Positions 48,439 to 58,229 of a stretch of 64,000 nucleotides of DNA are shown piece by piece. Positions within the stretch are counted from its first letter, which is position 1, and each line of letters begins with the position of its first letter. The position numbers and the translations under genes are program-made. The stretch is from a virus, in the IMG/VR virus record IMGVR_UViG_3300028920_000068, positions 6,427 through 70,426 of that record. One strand, written 5' to 3'. The notes below the pieces were generated by a model that was not told the origin of the DNA, did not search any database, and worked only from the letters and a program-made list of their open reading frames with translations.

Positions 48439-49126
48439 GGCAATATTCCGGTAACATTTTTTTAATTAATTGAATTTCATTTTGATTCTCATAATAATGA
48501 TGCCATAAAATAGATTTTTCCTTCGGCAAAGGAGCATATTTAGGTTGTGTTGGATAATTTTTTATATTAAACCCGGCCCATTTTACCGCCTCTAATTTAA
48601 TCTTCTCATCTAATAAAAAATCCTCAAAATGAATAATCTTTATACAATCCTTATTCTTTTTCAAATTTTTCAAATGATTATCAAAAGTTCTTCTTTGATC
48701 TAAATATTCTTGAATAAATTGTGTTACCTGAATATTTCTACCGTGCTTTAAACAAAGCTGTCTTCTCCTTAACCAAGTCGATCTTGGGTCTCTTAGAATA
48801 CAAAAAACTTTAATATTATCCAATAATTCAATCCCCGGTAGAGTTAAACAAGTCACTACATTATTTAACAACAATACCGAGCCAGTTAATTTATCACCAA
48901 ATCTTTTTTCTGCCTCTTTGTGAATCTGTTGATTTAAAAGTTTTTTATAATAATCAGAATTATTAAAACTTTCTCGCCGCCATTTTAAATATAAATCCTT
49001 CCGCCATACCTGTGGTAATTCACTAACCAAAGCACAAGTCTTTTTAAAGCAACGAAAATAATCAAAAAGTGCAGATGATCCAGAAGAGGTTGTTCCGGCA
49101 AATAAAAGTTTTCTTTTAATATTCAT
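48425..49126 (-). CDS. Sulfotransferase-like P-loop protein
   Basis: AGTTSSGSSAL (5'-PSB-like), ILRDPRS (3'-PB), IHFEDF. Confidence 0.7.
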   Translation of the reverse strand: MNIKRKLLFAGTTSSGSSALFDYFRCFKKTCALVSELPQVWRKDLYLKWRRESFNNSDYYKKLLNQQIHKEAEKRFGDKLTGSVLLLNNVVTCLTLPGIELLDNIKVFCILRDPRSTWLRRRQLCLKHGRNIQVTQFIQEYLDQRRTFDNHLKNLKKNKDCIKIIHFEDFLLDEKIKLEAVKWAGFNIKNYPTQPKYAPLPKEKSILWHHYYENQNEIQLIKKMLPEYCHEKV

Positions 49127-49129
49127 AAA

Positions 49130-49663
49130 TTATTCCACCCTTAACCATGCCAAAGAAGTATTTTTAATTACATTAGGCTTTATATTCATTTTATTTAAAG
49201 CCTGAGTAACTTCAATATTATGATATTGACTATCTTTATTATAATCATGCCAAATAATAATTCCTCCGGGATTAATTAAACGGTACGCAATTTTTGTATC
49301 ATTAATTACAAAAGATTCTTTATGGTTTGCATCCACCAAAATTAAATCAAATCCAATTAAACCGTGACCAACAAAATCAAATATACGGGTGTCTCCCTGT
49401 AAAAACTTTATTTTTGAATATTCTGGAAGATTCACTAATTCTGGCTTATCTAAAACTTTAATATCTACCGAAACTAACTTGGCATCTGATGGGCTAAACT
49501 TAGCCATATTAATAGTTGTCCTACCATATTTAGTTCCAATTTCTAAAATTCTTTTAGGTTTTATTTGTCTAACCAATCGACATAATTGAATCAATTCTAT
49601 AATACTCATTCCAGATTTTTTATTAGAAAATAAAATCAAATCTTCTTTTATAATTGGTTTCAC
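49130..49663 (-). CDS. Class I SAM methyltransferase (Methyltransf_24-like O-methyltransferase)
   Basis: ILEIGTKYGRT, SVD, FDLILVDANH, PGGIIIWHDY. Confidence 0.85.
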   Translation of the reverse strand: MKPIIKEDLILFSNKKSGMSIIELIQLCRLVRQIKPKRILEIGTKYGRTTINMAKFSPSDAKLVSVDIKVLDKPELVNLPEYSKIKFLQGDTRIFDFVGHGLIGFDLILVDANHKESFVINDTKIAYRLINPGGIIIWHDYNKDSQYHNIEVTQALNKMNIKPNVIKNTSLAWLRVE

Positions 49664-49825
49664 AATAACCCCCTAAAATATATTGAAAATATACACCTCT
49701 GGTTTAATATTGTAACTCGAATAAAATATGCTTTTTCATAATAAGTACTAAACTTTCCACAAGCCAAGCCGATAAATCTCAAAGTCTTATAAAGATGGTC
49801 GCAAAATAAATTCTCATATTCGAAA

Positions 49826-52207
49826 TCAAGTCTCATTTTTTAATTCCCGTAATATATTAGAATACACCCGGTATACCGTAATCCGATCCATATTCTTACA
49901 AGTCTGATACCCTAATTTACATTTACTACTCCAACCATGTACTGTCCACCAACAAGAAGGACAGACCCCTTGATAAATATTTATATTATCTGGATACCCA
50001 TATAACTTTGGTGTTGTGGGGCCAAATAAAACAACACCTTTTGTCCCTACAGCATGTGCCAAATGAACCAAACCACCCTCATTACTAATGTGTAATAAAC
50101 TTCTATTTAAAACATACATTAAATCAATAATATTATCACACCGTAAATACCTTGCCCCTTTTAATTCTATGTCATATTTACCGCCCAATTGAATAATCTC
50201 ATAACCCCGCTTCTTCAATCTTTCAATTAGGCTCTCCCATTTATATTCCGGCCAAAGTTTCAAAATACCAACATTTTGGTCACAACCAGAACTCAGGGTA
50301 ATATATTGATCCGGTAACTTATATTTATTTTTTAAACCACTAAATAAACCTGCCCGATCTACCATAGGAATTTCTAAATCTGAATCAATTAAATCTAAAT
50401 CAGTTTTCTCAGCATAATAACGAAAAGTCTGGCTATTCCAATTATCTAAAATATATCCTGTGGATTTTTGCCAATTATTATATAATTCAGAATTAAATTC
50501 TTGATTTAAAGATTCATCAAAATTATACCATACATAAGGATAGGGACGAAACTCATAAATAATATCATAATCATTTTTAATCTTATCAAAAGTCCTACGC
50601 CAATTCTGAGTAGAATACTGCGCCTTAATATAAGGATAATCAAAAATAAAGACTTGTACTTGTTGAAGATCTCTTACAAAAGCATCTACTTGACTCCCTG
50701 GCCATTTACGCCTAATTGCTCGACATAAATAATTCAACATAACCGCATCTCCAAGACCACCCATCCAAAATGCGGCAATTTTTTTAGTAGGTATTTTTCT
50801 TACAGAAATAACTTTCCCCGGAAGCTTATCTTCACTAATAATTTCAGGTAATTTGACCTCTGAATTTTTAATAACCGAAATAGTTTCTTTTTCTTGTCTC
50901 TCTCGAGTCATAAAAAATTCTCCCACATCCTTATATAACTGCTCCCAATTATGATAAGTATAACAAGATTTATTATGACATTGCCATTCTTTCGAAGAAA
51001 CAAACTGTTTACTTACACAGGGATAACAAGAAACCTTTGGCGTATATGGAACACAATTTTTATAAGTGCTACACCGCCATTCAGGTTTAAAATAATTCAT
51101 TAAACAAAAAGTTTTCTTATTAAATGCTCCGGCAATATGTAAAAAAGAAGTATCAACCGTTACCACACAATCCATCATAGCGATTAACGAAAACAATTCC
51201 CTCACTGTCGTCTTTTTATTCAAATCAATACAATTCTGAAAACTATGTCGCCTAACCGAGGCCACAAAAATGGTATATCCCCGAGCCTTAAAACGATTAA
51301 TTACATCTTGAGTTAAATTATTTGGTAATTTAGAATCTATCCGTGCACTATCATAACCTAAAAAAATCTTCTTCTGATAAGGGCCCCATTTCCTCTGTGC
51401 ATTATTCTTTTCATCTGCTGTTAAAATAATCTCCGGGCGATCTATTACTAAATCTGCGGGTTGTAGACCGCATAATTCAGCTACCGAATAAATTCTATTT
51501 TGCTTATTAAAATCTTGACGATAATCATTCAAGAGTTGTCCAAAATTTAGATAAATTACTTTAGGAAATTTTGAAATATCTACTTCATGCCTTTTAGAAT
51601 AAATACCTCTAATATAAGACAAATTTTGAAAACAGGGATTCCGATGAGCATCACATAAAACATAAACCCGTTTTCCCTTCTCAGCTAAAGTTTTTAAAGA
51701 AGGTATAGTTAATAAATGATCTCCCACCCCACCAAAAATTTCAACCAATACATTATTCTTATTATTATCAAAATCATCCGATAATTTTTTTACATCACGT
51801 TCTTTACGAATAATAGGAATATAATATTTAGTAAATGCAGAAAAAGCCTCAGCTAAACGAATCGCAGATCGAGAACCGTAAACTGAGGCAAACATTAAAG
51901 GATTAAAAAAGATTGTATGTAAAAACCATTTATCAGGAGTTTCAATATAATAAATATGCTGGTCATGGATAGGTTCAGATGGCATCTTATTACAAACATA
52001 AATAATACCAAGATCTTTTTTTAATGCAGATCTAATTAAAGCGGGAATCCTAGAGCCCTCGCTAACATGATTAACGAAAGCCACAATCAAAGACTTTCCC
52101 TGTGGTCTTGGAATTACATAATTTTTTTGTTTTTGAAAATCACCTGTGATAGGATTAGGAATATAGGTAAGAAGTTCATCTGATATGAGGCGAATCGAGG
52201 ATGCCAT
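49826..52207 (-). CDS. Double-domain glycosyltransferase family 9 (ADP-heptose-type heptosyltransferase)
   Basis: Two GT9 units: GGVGDHL...VDTSFLHIAGAF...CYPC and GGLGDAV...KLWP...NEGGLVHLAHAVG...VLFGPT...CPSCW. Confidence 0.85.
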   Translation of the reverse strand: MASSIRLISDELLTYIPNPITGDFQKQKNYVIPRPQGKSLIVAFVNHVSEGSRIPALIRSALKKDLGIIYVCNKMPSEPIHDQHIYYIETPDKWFLHTIFFNPLMFASVYGSRSAIRLAEAFSAFTKYYIPIIRKERDVKKLSDDFDNNKNNVLVEIFGGVGDHLLTIPSLKTLAEKGKRVYVLCDAHRNPCFQNLSYIRGIYSKRHEVDISKFPKVIYLNFGQLLNDYRQDFNKQNRIYSVAELCGLQPADLVIDRPEIILTADEKNNAQRKWGPYQKKIFLGYDSARIDSKLPNNLTQDVINRFKARGYTIFVASVRRHSFQNCIDLNKKTTVRELFSLIAMMDCVVTVDTSFLHIAGAFNKKTFCLMNYFKPEWRCSTYKNCVPYTPKVSCYPCVSKQFVSSKEWQCHNKSCYTYHNWEQLYKDVGEFFMTRERQEKETISVIKNSEVKLPEIISEDKLPGKVISVRKIPTKKIAAFWMGGLGDAVMLNYLCRAIRRKWPGSQVDAFVRDLQQVQVFIFDYPYIKAQYSTQNWRRTFDKIKNDYDIIYEFRPYPYVWYNFDESLNQEFNSELYNNWQKSTGYILDNWNSQTFRYYAEKTDLDLIDSDLEIPMVDRAGLFSGLKNKYKLPDQYITLSSGCDQNVGILKLWPEYKWESLIERLKKRGYEIIQLGGKYDIELKGARYLRCDNIIDLMYVLNRSLLHISNEGGLVHLAHAVGTKGVVLFGPTTPKLYGYPDNINIYQGVCPSCWWTVHGWSSKCKLGYQTCKNMDRITVYRVYSNILRELKNET

Positions 52208-52247
52208 ATTTAAGCTCCTATCAATTTATTTTGGATTATCAAGCTTC

Positions 52248-52280
52248 AAAAAGTAGGCCCTGATTTTGGCTCAGGGCCTA
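52248..52280 (-). terminator. Intrinsic terminator after the major capsid gene
   Basis: TAGGCCCTGA-GCCAAAA-TCAGGGCCTA followed by CTTTTT on the - strand. Confidence 0.8.
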
Positions 52281-52310
52281 AAGCCATAAATTTCAATTTT
52301 TCAGCGAGTA

Positions 52311-53249
52311 TTAGGAACTAGCTTTCTGAATGGTGATTAAACCTTCAGACTTATTGCTGCCGTTAATATAGGCCCACACGAAGTCGAACCAATATGTCAC
52401 GACGAGCAAATCAGCCCGACGACCAGCCTTATGTTCCACATCCACTTCGATATTTCCGTAATATCCAGCGAAAGCACCCTTCATATTCGCCAAGATAGCT
52501 TTCTCGCCCGTAACTTGCAGTCTACGAACCAGCGGAATACCATGTATATGAACCACCCGTTTCAGACCCAGTGCCGGAACATCGTCGATGTCATAACCGA
52601 CCATGTTCTTGTCAGCAGACTTCTTGGCAGCCGTAACGAAATCGGCAGAACCCAAAAGCACTGTATCTTCCACGTCTTCCTCAGATCCATAAACACCAAG
52701 GTCATTCTGGGCTTCCGCCACAGCATCCAAGATATTCTGGGAATTAGAGGTTGTGTACTCTACCGGGGAGTTGGCGGCGTTAGCCGAATTAGCCAACTTC
52801 ACGATACCGTCTGCGATAGTGAGAGGATTAGTCGCACCAATAGCAGTTGTGTCACCCGTAAGGGCGATCTTATCAGCCGTGCGAGCAATAGCCCGGCTAA
52901 TTTTGTTACGGAACAACTGATTCAGCTTAAGCTCAGGATACTGGGCCACCTGCTTTTTCTTCAGGTAGATATAAGTACCCAATTCGACAGGTTCCAAATC
53001 AGGCGATTTGATGTCGAAGCTCATTTCAGTCAACGTGGTAATATCAGCCGTATTATCAATCCGATAAACCTTATCCAGATCCTCTTCACCGATAACCGGG
53101 ATAGTTCCCTCGTTCACGATTTCGATCAGTTGATCCCGAGAATCGACCATCCGAAGAATCAAAGACTTTTCGATGGCATCTTCAACAATTTTATCCACCA
53201 ATTCTTTAGGCAGATTGGTTGCTGATCCAGCAGGAATTACGAAATCCAT
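52311..53249 (-). CDS. Major capsid protein (HK97 fold)
   Basis: LPKELVDKI, ISRAIARTADKIALTGD, IHGIPL; follows the prohead protease; higher-GC codon usage and a strong SD. Confidence 0.85.
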   Translation of the reverse strand: MDFVIPAGSATNLPKELVDKIVEDAIEKSLILRMVDSRDQLIEIVNEGTIPVIGEEDLDKVYRIDNTADITTLTEMSFDIKSPDLEPVELGTYIYLKKKQVAQYPELKLNQLFRNKISRAIARTADKIALTGDTTAIGATNPLTIADGIVKLANSANAANSPVEYTTSNSQNILDAVAEAQNDLGVYGSEEDVEDTVLLGSADFVTAAKKSADKNMVGYDIDDVPALGLKRVVHIHGIPLVRRLQVTGEKAILANMKGAFAGYYGNIEVDVEHKAGRRADLLVVTYWFDFVWAYINGSNKSEGLITIQKASS

Positions 53250-53304
53250 ATTAAGTTTCCTCCTTGTTATTGAAACGATTTAACCTTAAACCGTAATTTT
53301 CTGA

Positions 53305-54597
53305 TTAAACACTCAAAAAATCACTAAAGAATGTTTCAGGATTCTGGCCCGGTTTTCTCTTTTGGGCTGCCTCCCGAATTTTATCTATGTTATCAACATC
53401 GAGACTTTTCTTGATGTCTTCCAAGACCTGATTAAGTTTATCCAACTCATTGATCTTTTCCGCCATCTTAGCCACTCTCTCCGACAATTCCTGATTTCTC
53501 TGAGTGAGTTCATCGACTTTTTGTTCAAGAGCCTGTTTATCGTCTGTTTGCTCTTCGGACTCAATATCGGTGTTCTCAGCGACGGTCTCAGAGTCCTCGG
53601 TTTCATCTTCCGTTGACTCATTAGATTCGGTACTCTCCTCCATAGCCTCTTCAGTTTGCTCGGCCTCTTCACCATCCGTCTCTTCGGCCTCTACATTATC
53701 TTCAGCAGACTCTTCTGGAGAAATCTCATCTTCCTCTGAAGTTTCTTCTGCGGCTTCCTCGGTTTCCTCTTCGGACGATTCGGTTTCTTCTGTATTTTCT
53801 GTTTCTTCAGTCGATTCCTCTTCAGCCGTAGTCTCTTCCGTATTTTCCTCAGTGTCTTCTTCAGAAATATTAGAATCAGTAGCCTCTTCTTGAGACTCAC
53901 TGTTTTCATCTTCTGTTTGCTCTTCGGAAGTTTCCTCATCCCGTTTAAGAGCTTCCCGAATATCCAATTTTTCAGCAGATTTTTCATCCACTAAACCACG
54001 AACAACCAATTCCCGTTTAAACGCATCAGCTTTATCAGCGTTTAACGCTTCAGGATTTCCGGGCACTGGAACTGCCGAATACTCAAACAATTCCCATTTA
54101 TAAATAAGATACAGACCCCATCCACCAGCATCTTTAATCTGCTCAGAAGTAATATTCAAACCATACTTCTTATTAAGGTCTTCCCTATTTTCCTCATCAA
54201 ACCGTTTATACTTCAACGGCATAAAACCAATTGACCACGCATGTAAAAAACCATCCTTATAAGCATTAAAAACTTTTACCGCCAAAGGATCATTTTTATT
54301 AAATTCAGTTGTGGCTACAATTTCTTCCTCACGAATATCCAGATCAACGCATCTTCCGATAGGAATTTTAGGTGTAGCTTCGTCCATATTATGCGACCAT
54401 AAAACCACCGCATTATTAAGGAAATGAGTTGCATCCACACCTTGAGGTAAAACCACAGTCCCATGACGATCCAATACCTTAGTATTAATAGTATGGGTAA
54501 TCCTATAATTTTCCTCATCCACACTACGAATGGATGTTCGGAGAAAGCCATGTCTTTTTTCACTTAAATTCATAAAATTTTCCTCCTTAAATTCCAT
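53305..54597 (-). CDS. HK97-type prohead protease with acidic linker and scaffold-like C-terminus
   Basis: LDRHGTVV, VLWSHN, PIGR, GFLHAWSIGF, ELFEYSAVPVPGNPEA; Glu/Thr/Ser-rich tract then coiled coil. Confidence 0.9.
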   Translation of the reverse strand: MEFKEENFMNLSEKRHGFLRTSIRSVDEENYRITHTINTKVLDRHGTVVLPQGVDATHFLNNAVVLWSHNMDEATPKIPIGRCVDLDIREEEIVATTEFNKNDPLAVKVFNAYKDGFLHAWSIGFMPLKYKRFDEENREDLNKKYGLNITSEQIKDAGGWGLYLIYKWELFEYSAVPVPGNPEALNADKADAFKRELVVRGLVDEKSAEKLDIREALKRDEETSEEQTEDENSESQEEATDSNISEEDTEENTEETTAEEESTEETENTEETESSEEETEEAAEETSEEDEISPEESAEDNVEAEETDGEEAEQTEEAMEESTESNESTEDETEDSETVAENTDIESEEQTDDKQALEQKVDELTQRNQELSERVAKMAEKINELDKLNQVLEDIKKSLDVDNIDKIREAAQKRKPGQNPETFFSDFLSV

Positions 54598-54601
54598 CGT
54601 A

Positions 54602-54988
54602 TTAAGTATCAGACTGTTTACTCAAAATAACCCGGGCCTTAACCACATCACCCTGTCTTGACGTTACCGTATACTGCACAACCACACAATTCGTATAAGT
54701 AGCTGCCGGAATTCCGCCACCACGATAACCAGCCAAAAGCTGAACCGTAACGGCTGTACCATTCTGAGCAATCGTATCAATTGCATAGGTACTATCAGCC
54801 TTATACTCTGCACAGTCAACCGTAATTGTCAACTCAGAATTACCATGAGCAACAAAAATCGGATACTGTCTATCGGCTGCAAAGTGCTTGATCGGGTTGA
54901 AATCATAATCAACTTCGATACCTTCACAGTTGGCGATTTCTTTTGATCCAACCAAAATCCGACCAACATTAGCTTTTAAATCAGCCAT
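54602..54988 (-). CDS. Putative tail tube (major tail) protein
   Basis: Beta-rich 128 aa with capsid-like higher-GC codon usage and SD GGAGG; no other tube candidate near the TMP. Confidence 0.5.
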   Translation of the reverse strand: MADLKANVGRILVGSKEIANCEGIEVDYDFNPIKHFAADRQYPIFVAHGNSELTITVDCAEYKADSTYAIDTIAQNGTAVTVQLLAGYRGGGIPAATYTNCVVVQYTVTSRQGDVVKARVILSKQSDT

Positions 54989-55095
54989 ATTATTGTCCTC
55001 CTTGATTACCTTCTAGTTTCCGATAAACAAAGGATATTTGATTATGCCGTCGCAAATTTATCACTTTAATCAATTAATATCCTCTATTTTCCTAC

Positions 55096-55130
55096 TATTA
55101 AATACAATTTAGGGCAAAAAGAAAATGTTT
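55096..55130 (-). promoter_or_regulatory. Putative phage late promoter
   Basis: AAACAT-N14-AAATTGTATTTAATA. Confidence 0.7.
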
Positions 55131-55164
55131 TTTAAGCCCATACCAATCCAGCGGCATGGAGATA

Positions 55165-56928
55165 TTAATTAACCCCTAATATTGCAGTCGCAACGATTTT
55201 CATTAATTTTTCGTTTGCTGTTACATATTTATAACGAAAATCCGTATCTGAAGGTTGAGCAGAAACATCTACAGTAGCAATTAATGTTTTCTCATTTCCT
55301 TCAAATACTGCACCATATTCTAATGTAGCTTGAGTCCAAGTTGTTCCATCATCTCTTGAAACATATAAAAGCAAATCAGTATTCAAAGTAATAACATCAA
55401 TATCTTCTTCAATACAAACAATTCTAGCTCGATCAAAAACAGAATTTAAAGAAAGAGTTTCAGAAACTAAAGTCATGTTTTCATTATCACCAGAATATTC
55501 TACTGTTGGAGCAGTAAAGTTAGCTGTATGACGAGCAATTCCTTTAGAAATTCGAATTTCATCTAGCCATCCCGGAAAATCATTTGCACCACCTGTACCA
55601 CCAATATTCAAATCCGCATCAGGATTAGCCATACTTCCAGTAGCAGATTGTTGTAATGTTAATTCTGTTCCATCAAGAAAAAATCTAAAAGTTCCAGAAC
55701 ATCTATTAACTTCTAAATGATACCATCGTTCAGTATCTAAAGAAGCAAGACCTGAAATAACAGATTGAGATAAAGAATTTGATGCTATCTGAAATGCACT
55801 ACTTGTATATAGTAATTGCCAATATGTTCCACCAGTTAAACAAGACATAAGATAATTACTCGATAATCCACTACTCAATCTAAATTGAAAATCAATCGTA
55901 AAATCGCCTGAACCAAATTGCCAATCAGAACGAGTTCCACTTGCTGTTATATAATCACTATCACCATCAACAATTAATGAAGCAGAACCAAATTTTTTCT
56001 GTGCTGTATCTAATTCAGCTTGACCAGAAAAACCAATAGTATGTTCAGAAGCAGATACATCCGTTGTTGAAGTAGCTCCATCAACACCGTTTAAATGGAG
56101 CATAAGTTTTGTGTATTCATCATAACCCGAAACTGGTGTATAATAATCATCGACTGAATTATAAGTTTGATTTTCAGATTCACCAGCATCAATACCAGAT
56201 TGATCTATATACCCATCAATCCAACCATTAATAATTCCAGAAATCGTTAAAGTATTTTTAATCGTAGTGCGAACTAAAGTAACTAATTGATTAAAAACAT
56301 TAATTCTTATTTCATTTGCAGAAACTTCATCATTACCACCATCATCCAATTTAGAATCTGTATCTTGCGTATGTTTTTTATCTATACTATCTTCTAAATT
56401 AGATTCAGTAATTTTTGTCGTTGCACGAACACTATCACCAACAGAACTTGGTACAGATAATCCAGTCAATTTGTGACTGTTCATATCTACATTAGATTCC
56501 ATCTGCCCCAAAGATTGATCTGTTCCCTGTATATGTTTTTTATCAACAGCATCTTTTACATCAGCAACATTAACTTCATTTGCTCCACCTTCATCAAGTT
56601 TTTGATCTGTTCCTTGAGTATGTTTTTTTGTTACCGCATCATCAATATCATCCACAGCAGAGGTCGGTTTACCAGAAATAGCCGCCCAAACCACATCAAT
56701 AATATCTCCATTATCATCCCAGTCAGATAAATCACCAGAAATCTCGTCAGAAGTCCAAATATAAAGATGTCCATTATCCGCTGAAATCCTAGCATCACCT
56801 TTTGCATTACCAGATAAAGGCAAAGCCGCTTGAGAGGCCACACCTGCTTTAATAGATACAATAGATCCATTAAAAACTTGCTGTAATAATCCGGTAAATT
56901 TATTGACTTTTGTTTTATAAAAACTCAT
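55165..56928 (-). CDS. Virion fibre/decoration protein with KKHxQxTD repeats and a LamG-like domain
   Basis: Three DA(V/I)xKKHxQxTD repeats; TKLMLHLNG...DTAQKKFG...GWLDEIRISKG. Confidence 0.7.
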   Translation of the reverse strand: MSFYKTKVNKFTGLLQQVFNGSIVSIKAGVASQAALPLSGNAKGDARISADNGHLYIWTSDEISGDLSDWDDNGDIIDVVWAAISGKPTSAVDDIDDAVTKKHTQGTDQKLDEGGANEVNVADVKDAVDKKHIQGTDQSLGQMESNVDMNSHKLTGLSVPSSVGDSVRATTKITESNLEDSIDKKHTQDTDSKLDDGGNDEVSANEIRINVFNQLVTLVRTTIKNTLTISGIINGWIDGYIDQSGIDAGESENQTYNSVDDYYTPVSGYDEYTKLMLHLNGVDGATSTTDVSASEHTIGFSGQAELDTAQKKFGSASLIVDGDSDYITASGTRSDWQFGSGDFTIDFQFRLSSGLSSNYLMSCLTGGTYWQLLYTSSAFQIASNSLSQSVISGLASLDTERWYHLEVNRCSGTFRFFLDGTELTLQQSATGSMANPDADLNIGGTGGANDFPGWLDEIRISKGIARHTANFTAPTVEYSGDNENMTLVSETLSLNSVFDRARIVCIEEDIDVITLNTDLLLYVSRDDGTTWTQATLEYGAVFEGNEKTLIATVDVSAQPSDTDFRYKYVTANEKLMKIVATAILGVN

Positions 56929-56944
56929 TAATTTATCCTCCTAA

Positions 56945-57187
56945 TTAAACTTCTTGAATATTCGTATAAGTTAAACTCGCACGCTGATCCCAAGAAGCCA
57001 ATTTAAAACCACCATCAGCATATACAGCATCACCTGTACTGATAGTTTCTCTTAAAATATAACTATTACCACTTCGGTGCATAAAACCATAATAATTATA
57101 AAGCCCTTCAGCCTCTTTCTGTTTATGAAAGAAAAAGGCCCCGGGGCCTGCACCTAAGTAATCAGATACCGTTCTCTTACTACTCAT
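56945..57187 (-). CDS. Hypothetical virion-associated protein
   Basis: SD AGGAG; YYGF...W..RASLTY motif. Confidence 0.55.
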   Translation of the reverse strand: MSSKRTVSDYLGAGPGAFFFHKQKEAEGLYNYYGFMHRSGNSYILRETISTGDAVYADGGFKLASWDQRASLTYTNIQEV

Positions 57188-57198
57188 AATTTATCTCC

Positions 57199-57378
57199 TT
57201 ACCTTTTCATAATCTGTTTTGGATTCACAGAATTATTCGGATACTTTGTTAAAATCTGTTTCCAGCCGCATGAACAAACCAACTTTTTAATCCCAGAACT
57301 AACCATAGCCATAACCTTTCTACCACATTCAGGACATTTTCCACGCTGTCCGGCTCCAGCAGAAATTTTAAAATCCAT
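57199..57378 (-). CDS. Small zinc-ribbon protein (59 aa)
   Basis: GKCPECGRK...CSCGW; TAATG coupling. Confidence 0.5.
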   Translation of the reverse strand: MDFKISAGAGQRGKCPECGRKVMAMVSSGIKKLVCSCGWKQILTKYPNNSVNPKQIMKR

Positions 57379-57698
57379 TATTTTTTCACTTTCTTACGAG
57401 TTTTTCTTTTAGTTGAACGACGAGTAGATCTACGCCGAGAAGTAACAGGAAAAACAGCATCATATTGTCCCTTAATATATGAGACATCTTCACTCAATGA
57501 TACCACTTTATTCTCAATATCCTCTTGCTTATGTGTTACTCCATCAAGTTTATCATTAAGATGTTTCAAATCATTAGTCATAATTTTATGAAAAGCCATT
57601 TTATTTGCTATAGCCATAAAAATAATACCAATCAAATTTAAAATAGCTACTCCAGCACCAATAATTTTAAAAACATCAGCCCATTGACTTAAATCCAT
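57378..57698 (-). CDS. Holin-like protein (single TM + coiled coil + basic tail)
   Basis: TM IIGAGVAILNLIGIIFMAI; NDLKHL...VSYIKG; Arg/Lys-rich C-terminus. Confidence 0.5.
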   Translation of the reverse strand: MDLSQWADVFKIIGAGVAILNLIGIIFMAIANKMAFHKIMTNDLKHLNDKLDGVTHKQEDIENKVVSLSEDVSYIKGQYDAVFPVTSRRRSTRRSTKRKTRKKVKK

Positions 57699-57707
57699 AA
57701 TTACTCC

Positions 57708-58211
57708 TTAATACTCATCATATTGAATAATATAATCTACTCCAAATACACCCGTATCTGCTGAAGGAACCACCTCCAACTGAAAAACTAACCATGAAGT
57801 ATAATCTCCAACATTTTGCAAAGTGCCATTTAAAGCAATAGAAGAGCCCTCAGCGTTCTTAGTCGTAAAGTCTACCCGAGAACCTCTAACTGATTGAGAA
57901 TCCGCAGGAGCATTATAAGTATTTACAACAGAAGAGTTTACAGTAAGTGTATAACCTGATCCGGGCATCCCACTATCATACCAAGCCTTAAAATTTTCAA
58001 CTCGATCATTGGGAGCCAAATCACACCGACAACGAATCCAGACCTCATAAGAATAACCTGTCCCTGATTCTGGAATCGTAATTGGATTATTAGTTTTATT
58101 TGCCGTCGCACTATCAATAGGGAGGAGATAAGAAATTTCCTTTGCTACTTCTTGAGCATATTCAGCATAACTCTGTCCCGCATTTTGAACCACAGAAATA
58201 ACAGCACTCAT
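57708..58211 (-). CDS. Putative virion structural protein
   Basis: NPITIP...YSYE.WIR...VENFK.W...LVFQL.V...YDE. Confidence 0.55.
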   Translation of the reverse strand: MSAVISVVQNAGQSYAEYAQEVAKEISYLLPIDSATANKTNNPITIPESGTGYSYEVWIRCRCDLAPNDRVENFKAWYDSGMPGSGYTLTVNSSVVNTYNAPADSQSVRGSRVDFTTKNAEGSSIALNGTLQNVGDYTSWLVFQLEVVPSADTGVFGVDYIIQYDEY

Positions 58212-58229
58212 TTAAGACTCCTTCAAAAT

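Noticed and set aside
52431-53225. 264-aa + strand ORF opposite the capsid gene
   Set aside because: Antisense shadow caused by the capsid gene's codon bias; no SD or recognisable motifs.
53362-53987. Several overlapping ORFs, including a Ser-rich 129-aa frame
   Set aside because: Shadows of the low-complexity Glu-rich scaffold region.
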